Origin: Lytechinus pictus
Lineage: Eukaryota
Assembly: GCF_037042905.1 (NCBI RefSeq)
Contig: NC_087252.1
Location: 2,172,001 to 2,232,000, forward strand
Length of the DNA stretch: 60,000 nt
Direction of reading: 5' to 3'
Under the pieces are notes generated by a model. That model saw only the letters and a program-made list of their open reading frames with translations. It was not told the DNA's origin and did no database searches. The position numbers and the translations under genes are program-made. Below are positions 15,101 to 25,633 of this stretch, one piece after another. Numbering within the stretch: the stretch's first letter is position 1; each line of letters begins with the position of its first letter.

Positions 15101-18100
15101 AAAAATGCGAAAGGTCCCTCCATCTGCGTACGGCATTGATTGCATTGTTTCAACGTTATTTTTCGGCAGTAAATTCAACAAAATATATTTTCATACGTCA
15201 TATTTCAATTTACTTTCATTTTCCTTCACATTATTCTCAAATATTTTCTTTTGTAATTTTTCAATAAAACTTACCATTCTAAAGTGTCCTACTATGCGTG
15301 TGCGAAAAGAGTAAAGAGACGACTGAAAGTATAACAGTTAAAGTTTAAGAATCCCTCTTATATACATGATTTGACATTAACAAAAATATGTATATTAATA
15401 AGTTTTTACACAACTAGTTGAGCAATTTCGATTAAATTATTGGACAACGATTGCCCGACAGGGTTATCCTTCAACCAATACTCAACTCAAATTGACCAAC
15501 TGTATGATAGAGTTTGCCCAATCTTAACATGCCCAAACTTTAGGCTAAAACGTGATTAACAGTTAGAAAACTGCAAAATTGCATGGTTGATTCAAAATGA
15601 CTCGGTTTGGGCAAAATTTACACACATTTGCAATGATGTTTCACAAACCATCGGTTGCCCAAAGACATAACAAAGACATAACAAAATTAAAAATGGGTTA
15701 GGAACACAAACTTAAGAGAAGGAAATTAGCACCCATAAAACTATGTTGATATTTTTGTCGAAATTTGGCTTGAAAGATCAATCTGTAGTTTTTCACAATA
15801 ACTCATTCAACTCCGTCTTGAAGTTTTGAGCTGACAAGTAACAGGGACTGGGGGACAGTAGGTCTGCGGATCAGTAGATGCTTTTCTTGTAACAACACAG
15901 ATCTTAAAATATACAGAGTGAGTCAGAAACAATGCAACACTTTTTAAATTGACTATTGTTATAAAAATGTGGGATTAACAGATTGTGTTTAGCATGTATG
16001 GATAGAGTATTATATTCATTTGTTGTTTGGAAACATTTGTTTTACTTTTGTGTTACGATTGCGCGCACAACAGCCATTGTTTAACAAAGAGTCAAAACCC
16101 ATTTGCGCCAAGACTTATAGAATTTATGTGCTGACAAAAGCAATGCATTGTTGATGATGACACAATGGGTTTTTCCCCAGACTCACTTATTGGCTCATAT
16201 CCAATAAATTTAATTCCCCACAAATTTGGTATCAAATCAAAGGGAAATAATTACTCTATCACAGTCAGGAGCAATAAATGTGATATCTTTTCTCATATTT
16301 GTGAGATGAACACTTTAAGAAGTGTAAAAAGATTTTCTGACTTGGCGCAAATGGGTTTTGCTTTTATGTCAAACAATAGCTGTTGTGCGCTCAACCGTAG
16401 CAGCAAAATTGAAGAAAATTTTACCAAACGACGAAGGGATACATCATCTATCCATACATGGTAACAAACCCTATGTCAATCCCATATTTGTAAAACAATG
16501 CTCAATTAAGAAAGTGTTGCATCATTTATGACTCACTCTGTACATTTTATTTACCATAGGCTTTACGCCTGCAAATAGTAAAGATTAGAAAGACTTCTTT
16601 GAACCCCAACACAGATTCGTATATCAATGATGCAATGTGCAAAATAACAATAGGCCTAACATTCATTAACATCGGAATTATTTATTCAGCAAAACCTCTT
16701 TTTTGTCCTTCATGAGATGGATTACTTAACAAAATACGACTCATATGTACAAAACAAAAAAAAATCAATCAATCAAAAAATCAATGTTTCATCTAGAACT
16801 CAAAAGGCACCTATCATGTATAGGTGCATTTTTATTTTTTTTCACCCGTAGTACTGCGCGTGATTATGAAGGCTTTTTGTTTATTTGTTTGATTGTGACA
16901 AGCTCCTTACGAGAAGCCTTTTCTCCTCGGCAAGAGGAAGTCTGCTTCAATTACACGAGGCTACGGTTTTGGATTTTCAGTCACAATCAAATATTCACAA
17001 GAGTGACTGCATGTTTTATTTTTTATTTTTTTTAATTAGGTGAATCTACATGCCGTTATTGATGGTCCCTATTACTCGCGTATTACCTAAAAAAAGAACA
17101 TTGAACTTAATTCCCTTGATGTGTTTTTTTTCTCCATCTCTCACACTTCCAGATGAAATATCATTAATATTATTTGAGTCACAAGAGATTTACAAGATAT
17201 TCGTAGAGTTCAGTTGCTTCTTCAACAGATTCAGGAAGCTGGAAATTGTGAACATCACCGACATACTGATTTACTACCTCAACAAACTCTTGGCTACATC
17301 CGTATGGTGGAAAATCAAGCGATATATTATTTGCAGTTTCCTGTACTTCGTCGAGTGAATAAGCAAGTGGCATCTTGTTATCTTCGGCTCCGTATATTTC
17401 AGGAACATAATACATTAAATCCGGTATCCCATATGGTGATTCTTCATTGGCCTGACTCCTGATTCGGTGTTGGTTCCACTCTTGAACAACAAGATCCAAG
17501 TCACGCTGAATTAGGTTTGTGAAACAAAATCGTAATGCTTCAACGTGAATTGGATTGGTATTGTCCAATCCACCATTATCGCGGAATTGCTTGAAAAGTT
17601 CAATCCAGAATCGAGATGAAAGCCTCCCAACATGTCCCCACCAAGATTCAATTCTTTGATTACTTGTTGAACGCCCATACATGAAACTTTTGTATCGATG
17701 GAACTCATCGTCATGATACCAACGAAGGGCAATTTGTACATCACGAATTTGACAATTTTCTGTTCCTCTGTCACTCCGTACGATTCGAGGTACTCCATTA
17801 ATTAATGAAATATAGTCTAAAAAAAATCGTGTGATATATCGCGGATTATTATTTGAACGCCCAACTTTAAGCCATAATACCTTCCGCGAAAATCCGTCGA
17901 TAGCAGAGTGAACTGCAAAACCATATGGTTTGAGTTTATCATAACCATCAATATGTATGACGTGATTTGGACCTCTATTAACGTATCTTCGTCGATGTAG
18001 ACGCCGATTCGATCTCCTCTCGACCCCATCAGGATCCATAGCTGACAGAAGCTCTCGCACCACTCTTTGTGTAGCAGATATTTCATGTCTGATTCTCAGT

Positions 18101-21100
18101 CTCCTCCACATCGCCCTGTAACCAAGGTTTTGTCCCGATCCACGCAATTCAAATGTAATGGCATTTATGATGTCATTTACGTTGCTCCGTCGATCAACTC
18201 TTCGCACTCTGAGACGTCGAATAATTTGTCGAATTCTTCTGATACCGATGGAAATTTCGTGACGCATATGCAGCAACAGGAGGATTTGTATTGCGGTAAA
18301 TCCCGCAATGTAATAGTGCTGAATCAGGTCATCTGATAAATCTTCCACCAACTCGCCAAGTGCTGCAGCCGTGTAGAATGGAGGTGGTTGTCCTGCTACC
18401 CCGAGAAAGGAAGCGAATATGAACACCTGAAAGACAAAAATCAAACAAACATATAAGAAACATTTTTTTATCTTGATTGGAAGGGCCAATCCACGCTAGT
18501 CGAAAAAAAATATGTACAACGTCCAATATATGGTCGTCCGCAAAACGTGGGTTTGAAATGCGCGTGGTTAAAAAACAGTGAAATGAGACATTAATTGTTA
18601 ATTGACCTTTGACCTTCACGTAGACAAGCATGCTCTTGTGTTGTAGAGACCCCCGTAGGGTAGAGACCCGGGAACGATATGCATTATAAACATAAATTGG
18701 ATTGGTTGCAGCATTACCAATAGCAGTCATAGGCCTATCTACCAAATTTAAACAAAATATATCAAAAAAATAAGAAATGGGAGCATTTTATGTGATTTTG
18801 ATCAAAGTTGCATACATCAGTATGATTAAGGAGGGCAGCATTCCCAAAACATTAGGACTTTTTTCTTCTATATGATAGATCTGTATAATTTTTATACCAA
18901 ATTTAAACACAATCTGTCAAGAAACTAAAATGACAATTTTATGTGAATTTAAATATGCACATATTAGCATAATTAACGAGGACAGCGTGATAAAAAAAAA
19001 CACATAAGGGGTGTATAAGCATGGTCCTAATATGCATGCATGCAACAAATAAACCCGATCAGTTGGTTAATCTAAAAAATATAAACCGATAAAAAACATT
19101 TTGGTGTAGATCTAGACCTGCACCAAAATGTTTTAAAAAGTGTGTAGGTCTATAAATTATGTTAAAAAGTGTAATGTTGACGGACTTACAGATGGGTACG
19201 CTATGATTTGGTTCCGACGGGGTGTGTCGTTAAAGCCGTCAAACCCGTACTCTTCATTAAGTGTAATTTTTGCCTCATTTTGGCGGAAAAGAGTACCCAT
19301 TGTTCTATTTAAGAAAATGACCTTTTTGTGTACTTTGTGTACATATTCATGTTAATGGAGAACTTTCTTGCAAAAAAAGTCACACATTCGAGCTGCTCTC
19401 CCATGGCAAAATTTCCAAACGCATGGCTCGACCCATTCAATAAGATGTGTTGGTGTGACATTATGCATCGCTGCGACATTACCGGTTGTAACAGTCAGGC
19501 CTATGCTAAGTTTTTTTTTGTGTGCAGGTACTTCATGTGTGTATGTAGGATGGGGGTTGGGTGTCCGGACACCTATCAAAAATAAAGTTGTAACAGCGGC
19601 GGATCCAGGATTTGAAAATAGGGGGGGGGCGCAGCCGAAAATTTTGAAAAATAGGGGGGCGCAGCCGAAAATTTTCGAAAATTAACATGTACGTTCAATG
19701 GGGGGTATCCAAAAAATAGGAGGGGGGGGGGGGCGCACGCCTGTTGCGCCCCCCTGGATCCGCCACTGTTGTAACATTTACACATTGATTTCACGAAAAA
19801 TATTTATGAATTTGTGGTAAATATTTTGAATATTTGTCCTTTGTAATACTTATACTGTCAACAATAATTTTTGAGAAATCCGTAGAATGGTGCATGTAAT
19901 TTTTTGAAAAATGAAAACAGTCTGTCCGGATACCCAACCTGTCCAGACACCCAATAACTGCACTGGTTGAGGAAAGTCGTTAATATCCCGCCTCCCTTGT
20001 CTAAAAAAATATGTACACCTCGATCAGTGGCACACCTAGTCTTCATGCAGTCTATCTACTTCGTCCTTATTAAAAAGAAGATGACCATTTTCAAAGTTTC
20101 ATGACATTTATCGGGTTATAGAAGTGCCATTTAATCTGAGTAGCACAATATTATAGAATTCACCAAATCAAAATAATGACGAGAAAATTCTATATGCCTA
20201 ATTTGGCAACCATACTTACAAAAATAGGAAGCCTAGCCCTCGGCATGCTGAATGATAAATTGCCGATATTTCTCATGTAAAAACTGCAATGATGCTCCTC
20301 TTCACTTCTAGCAGTCTAGCAAATCGTCTTGACGTCCACCATGTCACAGTCTATTGACATTTTGCTGCTCCACTTGCGCTGCGTTACCCTCAAACGAGTT
20401 TGAACATCTCGCCTTCCCGCCTTCTCGTAGCATACACTAGGCGCCTTAGCGAGTTTGTACATGTCGCCTTCTCGCCTTCTCGTCTAAACAAAGCGCCTTG
20501 GCGAGTTTGTTTAAGTCACCTTCTCGTCTTCTCGTCTTAGACAAGGCGCCTAGGCGAGTTTGTACAAGTCGCCTTCTCGCCTTCTCGCCTCAGACAAGGC
20601 GCCTTGGCAAGTTTGTATAAGTCGCCTTCTCGCTTTCTCGTCTTAGACAAGGCGCCTAGGCGAGTTTGTACAAGTCACCTTCTCGCCTTCTCGTATCAGA
20701 CAAGGCGCCTAGGCTCGTTTTTATAAGTCGCCTTCTCGCCTTCTCGTCTTAGACAAGGCGCTTAGGTGAGTTTATACAAGTCGCCTTCTCGTCTTCTCGT
20801 CTTAGACAAGGCGCTTTGGCGAGTTTGTATAAGTCACCATCTTGTCTTCTCGTCTTAGACAAAGCGCCTAGGCGAGTTTGTATAAGTCACCATCTCGCCT
20901 TCTCGTCTTAGACAAGGCGCCTTGGCGAGTTTGTACAAGTCGCCTTCTCGCCTCCCCGTCTTAAGCAAGGCGCCTTGGCGTGTTTGTATTAGTCGCTTTC
21001 TCGCCATCTCGTCTTAAAAAGGGCGCCTTGGCGAGTTTGTACAAGTCGCCTTCTCGTCATCTCGTCTTAAAAAGGGCGCCTTGGCGAGTTTGTACAAGTC

Positions 21101-23182
21101 GCCTTCTCGCCTATTTTGCCGAAACAAGGCGACTTGGCGAGTTAAACAACTCGCCTTCGCGCTGCACGTTTAAGCTTCCGTAGTCAATCGATACTTTACC
21201 ACTCTCCACCAAGGTGCTAAACGGGTACTTGGTAGAATGTGAAAACCTATGTATGCTTAGCAATAGAGTCATGGAACTCTTAATGGAATACCTCCCAGCA
21301 GGGGCGGATGCAGGATATTCTTAGGGGGGGGGGGTCACATCCCCCCCCCCTCCCAAACAAAAAAACGACAAGCACAACAAAGAGGTTTCACTAAAAATGA
21401 TAGTTTTCGTCCCACGTAAAATTTGACAAGCACACTTGTATATGAGTGACATGTTGACATTTAAGATATTGGGGGGGATTACGGGTCCGATGGAACTACC
21501 ACTGCTCCCCAAGGAGTGGAAAATGAATATATTTTGTGCGGCCATGGATATAGTAATAATATTGTAAAGCAGTTAGAATCACTAAGCGCTATATGAGAAA
21601 AATTGTTATTATTATTATTGTTCTTGTTATATCATTATCAGTTTTTTTATTATCATTATCATTATTATTGCTAATATCATTATTATTTCTTAGTACCATT
21701 ATCATCAAAGTTGTTTTGCCTTTTTAAAAAAGAACCCCTTCTGTTAAATATATCAATATAGATCATGAAATGAGTATTAGTGAGTTAGCTAGAATTGCCT
21801 CCATACTGCACAGACGGGATCAAACAAAGTTCGAGCGTCTTATTCATGAATTGGATTTGAGGCCTGATGAACTTCCAGAAGATCTTGGAGCACAGTTGGA
21901 GACATACTGTTTAAAAGTGCTAAGGACTTGGAAGAAGAAGATCAGACCCGTTCCGTATCACTACAGACGGCACATCGTTGAGGGTCTCCAAGCAGTTGGA
22001 TGTTCTGATCTTGCTGATGAAGTTCTGACAGGTAGTCTTCGTATTTCATTCAGAGTTTTCAGGGACGTTCTATCGGGGAGGGGCAGTAATCAATTTTTGT
22101 ATATGCAAAAAATTACCTTTGTTCTAAGGTCACATTTAGCTTGGCTGAATCTTAGAAATTTGAAATGCTTGATCTGCGATGGGACATAAGTATTGTTTCA
22201 ATAGGAAACACATTAATTATTGATTTTTTTATATGGTTAGCTTTATTTTGCTCAATTCTAATGCATTAATTTGAACTGTCGTGTCATTTTAAATAGGAAT
22301 AAATGGACTGAACTGAAGACTCTCGCAACACCCATAAACTATGGATTTCTTCCTTAATTTGATTGATTGACTGGATTTATTCTTTTTTCATTGAAATTCA
22401 TCAACAACATAATATACATAAATAACAAAGGGAAGCCTCTGAATGACAAAGCTCTTTAATGTGGCTTCCCTGCAATATTGATTAAATATTTTTGTTTAAT
22501 TTCTATCAAGCAAAATATATTTTTTGATTCCTAATTGTTGTATCTAATTCAATTTTCATATTCACGTCCGTTCCGTGATAAGTGTCTATGGATGACCAGG
22601 GGAGCTTGAAGTTGTTGAATATTCAGTGTTATAATTTTGAAAGGTGTCAGAATTTTAGACGTGATGTACCCACTTTTGCTTCTATAATTAGATTGTTTCA
22701 TATGTCGTTACACCCCCAAACAAAAAAAATGAAGAAAAAAAAAACAATCATGATCATGAATTGTTTGAAATTGATTAGCCGAATTCTCACATCCTCGGCT
22801 TTATAACCTGGAACTAATAGTTTTGTCTATTTCTTTCACCATCGCTAATAATTCGCTTGAAATCCGATTGTTTCATACTTTCAAAGGTCTTTATCGACAT
22901 GAATCTCCCGACGAAGATGTCATTGAAGATATCTGCAGTAGACTTGATGAAGGTCAGGTACGGAATCTTGTTGAAATCCTGAAACTTAAGCCTGATAATC
23001 ATGAACAAGATCGGAAAAAATCTACCAAATCGATTGTCCGCTGGGCGAATAAGTGGATGAGAAAGTATGATTCCTCGGCTATATCATTTAAAGAGAGAAG
23101 ATCAGTAAATGATGAGCTTGTTAGAAAGGGGTTTTACGAGTTAGCCCATGAAATAATGATACTAGAATATTCCAAGTTCTAA
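119..23182 (+). CDS. Paralog A (5'-partial in the window): death-fold-repeat receptor, exons equivalent to B exons 7-18
   Basis: Exons 119-559, 1342-~1593 (canonical donor lost), 2125-2391, 3240-3488, 3826-4107, 4890-5159, 6569-6805, 7579-7710, 8001-8234, 8732-9022, 21762-22031, 22887-23182 (stop). Each is collinear with and clearly homologous to a paralog B exon. Confidence 0.8.
2824..3000 (+). mobile_element. Interspersed repeat fragment, Helentron/HINE-like
   Basis: tttgtatcgcctgcatagcagatcgagactatagg followed by a (GGC)n run, absent from paralog B. Family assigned from resemblance only. Confidence 0.4.
6894..7216. mobile_element. hAT-like MITE with a second MITE (7011-7211) nested in its right TIR
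   Basis: Outer TIR CAGTAGCGGACCGTGACCCGGAGGAGAC with 8-bp TSD CGTTTCAT (6886-6893, 7217-7224). Inner element GGGCAATTCCATAAAAT...ATTTTATGGAACTGCCC with 4-bp TSD CACT. Confidence 0.85.
9188..9283 (+). mobile_element. tRNA-derived SINE, 5' part, interrupted by the IS3EU element (continues ~21189-21240)
   Basis: A-box-like TGATGTAGCGGTT and B-box GTTCGAATCC, followed by ttcggcaaggcgtcaat. The sequence resumes after the transposon as ccactctccaccaaggtgctaaacgggtac. Confidence 0.6.
9284..10260 (+). repeat. Left TIR and subterminal array of ~53-bp units
   Basis: The unit AAGGCGACTTGTACAAACTCGCCAAGGCGCCTTGTTTAAGACGAGAAGGCGAG recurs at 9361, 9414, 9467 and onward, roughly 17 copies. Confidence 0.92.
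10405..10584 (+). CDS. Probable first exon of a second, convergent transposon gene (remainder not found)
   Basis: atcATGG start context just inside the left array. A GC-richer coding-like 60 codons (MADQTDENK...LIELSQQ) end at a consensus donor CAA|GTAAGT. Confidence 0.45.
10642..10800. mobile_element. 159-bp MITE, Merlin-like ends
   Basis: TIR GGCAATCACGTCGAATAGGGGACC / GGTCCCCTATTCGACGTGATTACC with 8-bp TSD ACAAGTTA (10634-10641, 10801-10808). Confidence 0.8.
11071..11390. repeat. 10-bp-unit minisatellite (CCAATTGAAA/CCAGTTGAAA) with an inverted second half
   Basis: GAAACCAATT/GAAACCAGTT units followed by CAATTGGTTTCAACTGG units. Confidence 0.8.
13260..13600. repeat. (CAT)n microsatellite with CAC/TAT interruptions
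   Basis: Direct reading of the sequence. Confidence 0.95.
14318..14495. repeat. Near-perfect ~89-bp tandem duplication
   Basis: ATGCAAGACTGAACACATAAAGAC...AAAACTCGTTTA occurs twice in succession. Confidence 0.9.
15914..16540. mobile_element. Tc1/mariner-type MITE (palindromic)
   Basis: TA-CAGAGTGAGTCA...TGACTCACTCTG-TA, with extended imperfect inverted arms. Confidence 0.8.
17179..20246 (-). CDS. DDE integrase-core transposase (IS3EU-like), predicted exons 20246-20220 and 18426-17179, ~424 aa
   Basis: Intact ORF with GPNHVIHIDGYDKLKPYGF, VRSDRGTEN and NQRIESWW (D-D-E) and an N-terminal helical/HTH-like region. A polypyrimidine acceptor (tttgtctttcAG) precedes 18426. The upstream micro-exon ends TTT|GTAAGT, phase 0 and in frame. 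Confidence 0.88.
20400..21182 (-). repeat. Right TIR and subterminal array (reverse complement of the left array)
   Basis: GGCGAGTTTGTACAAGTCGCCTTCTCGCCTTCTCGTCTTA units, roughly 14 copies. Confidence 0.92.
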
Positions 23183-25367
23183 TATAGGAATCTCATGCAA
23201 GTGTATTGTCTTTATTGTTAGATATTGATCGGTTCTGTTTCATCTTTAAATAATGTGAAATCTACCTTTGATGTATGAATTTGATGTGTTTCATTTGTTA
23301 TTATTCAACACGTGTTGGCTAGCGTTGCCGTGTTCAAAATGCAGAATTGTCATGTACCAAGCAAACGAATATCGATATTATTGTAAATAATCGTGTGTAG
23401 ACGATAATAAGCTTCATTTTACTAAACTTGTAAAATAAATGTGATGAATTTTTTTTTTCATGAAAACAAGAATATAATTAATTGAAAAGCCTTGATCACT
23501 GATCAAATTATGAGTCCAGTACCTCTCTAGGTAACATTAATCTCTTCATCCATTTAAGCTTGACTAAACATTAATGTCAAGTTAATGGCAGTTTACTATT
23601 TTAAACTATGTAAATAGTTGTAAACTAAGGTCCGTTATTTGTACTTAGATTTAATCCCAGTTTTTACTACAACAACCGATCCTAGAATGTGATGGCATGG
23701 ATGGGAAAGAGGATGGACATATAATTGTAGCAGCAGCAGTAGTAGCTAGGTAGCGCATATATTAATGTGTGATGTAAGAGCATGTAGGTTTGCTTTATCA
23801 TATGAAATAGGAGATATTATAAAAGAATAGTAATGTTATCGCAGCTGTTATAAATGAATGTAATATTCTAAAACGCATTAATTGTTCGAGAGCTTAGATT
23901 AAGGGTGGTCAGAATATAGTTTCAATCAGTATGACTTTACTGTTCTTTTTTTATTATTCCCACCAATCTCTTGCCTTATTTTTATTCGTATGTGAAGGAC
24001 TGTGTAATAATATGTTATGTGTGTATAAATGATATGATCAGTATATACAAAAGTTTACAACAGTACCAAAATTATCAAATTTTATCTAATTACAGGCAAT
24101 TGTGTATCACTAAAATAGTGAAAACAAAACCAATCTGTTTCTTTTAACCAAACGTATGTTCACCGATTGAAAAGTAGGTAAAGTGGTTTGGTTAAAATGT
24201 TCTGACTTTAACATAACAGCAAGCCCATGGAATCATTTATTCTTAACCTTTTCAAACTCTTCAATTACTATTCGTTGTGGTCAAATTACGACAAACATTT
24301 CCTATGTAAGATAATACATATGCCTACTCTTTGAGCGCTGATTAAGACTGGTCTAAGTCTGTGTGTAAAATATCATGATTATGGGAGGCCAAACATGTCA
24401 AAACCTTGCTTTGTCCCCTGATTGTTTCTTATCATGTTCAATGAGGGAGAACAATTTTTTCCCCAACATTTTAGCCCTGCAAGGGCCTTTTATTGAGTCA
24501 AATAATATCAAAGATACACAAGCAAACATTATTACTCAATCAATAAATGAATTCAAACAATAATAATACGTAAACATTTCTCTCAAGTGAGGGAGAAAAT
24601 AACCGTTGCTGCATTTTCCCCAATAAGTTTAGTTGAGTTGAGTAATCAAGAAATAAACTTGTCCTGGTTTGGCACCTTTTGCGATACACACCAAAGAGTT
24701 GAAATGCGGTGTAAGTTTGATCTTAGGTCAAAGGCAAAAGATGTATATGTTTTATATGATTTGTGTATATTTTTGGTGTGTCCGAGGGTGCGTCTGCATG
24801 TGCTTCACTGCATTCTAATATGTTGTTTTTGCGCGAATACATGATCTATGAATGAGTTTGTTCGGGCATTCAGAACCTATACGAGTGTCAATGACGCGAA
24901 AAAAGTGATCTTTGTTTTGTTGTTCTTCGTTTTGTTGTAAGTTGTTTTCTACCATGAAACCTGAAAAAGTGTATGACCCTTTTTCCCTTTTTTCTGTCGC
25001 AAATGTTTTTGTAAATATATTGCCACAAATGCCAATTTATCTTTAATGATTTATTATGTTTGTCGGAGAGCGGGGAGGGGGGTAATTTCTCATCAAATTA
25101 GTTTGCTTTCATGTGAGATAGTAGGGCCTATATCATATATTGTTTAGAGATGGGTGTAGTATAATTGACATATTGATATTTTCTGTAAAAAAGTAAAAAA
25201 AAAACTGTGGTTGCTTTCATTTTTGTGTTCTTTGTTAACTTTTGTCGACATGGCCAGTGGTTAGGGGTTGCACTGGGTTCATTGTCTATTGAAAAGTAAA
25301 ATTGATTCATAGGAATATATACTACCTTGCTGTTTTATATATCATATACATCATATATATACATCAT

Positions 25368-25633
25368 TGGCCGCATCGGCCAATCACAGCGCACGGTGCA
25401 CGCTCCAGCGGGCACCAAGCACCAGCGCGAACCCTGATTGGCCAGCGGCTTCGGCCAATCACAGCGCGGCTCACGCCCGAGTGGAGCCAGACAATAGCTC
25501 CCGACGCTATATAACCCGTGCGCAGCAGCGTCTTTGCTCATTGCCTGACGAAGTCTAGCAGCTTGCAGACGAAACGTCGCTTTCACACTACGTTTGCTAC
25601 ATCGTGAGACAACTGGTTAATTTCTTCTACTCA
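25368..25633 (+). mobile_element. Penelope-like solo pseudo-LTR insertion
   Basis: GC-rich 266-bp island with repeated CCAAT boxes, TATATAA and a hammerhead motif. Flanked by the 11-bp direct repeat ATATACATCAT (25357-25367, 25634-25644). Confidence 0.7.
25541..25582 (+). ncRNA. Minimal type I hammerhead ribozyme motif
   Basis: gc-CTGACGA-aGTCT(agcagcttgc)AGAC-GAAA-CG-TC-gc: conserved core boxes, 4-bp stem II, palindromic ACGT stem III and a GUC cleavage triplet. Confidence 0.72.

Larger units (their letters stand above)
9284..21182 (-). mobile_element. IS3EU-type DNA transposon (11,899 bp) in an intron of paralog A
   Basis: Inverted termini TACGGAAGCTTAAACGTGCAGCGCGAAGGCGAG / CTCGCCTTCGCGCTGCACGTTTAAGCTTCCGTA. 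The 6-bp TSD GTCAAT lies at 9278-9283 and 21183-21188. It encodes an integrase-core transposase and is absent from the equivalent intron of paralog B. TAY...RTA ends with a 6-bp TSD fit IS3EU. Confidence 0.88.

Noticed and set aside
18427..18489. ORF-track N-terminus of the 436-aa transposase
   Set aside because: It starts at a non-ATG codon and spans a polypyrimidine tract and acceptor, so it is probably intronic.
22582..22806. ORF conserved in both paralogs (also 55583-55789) as a possible extra exon
   Set aside because: No convincing phase-1 splice pair was found, and the whole intron is equally conserved.
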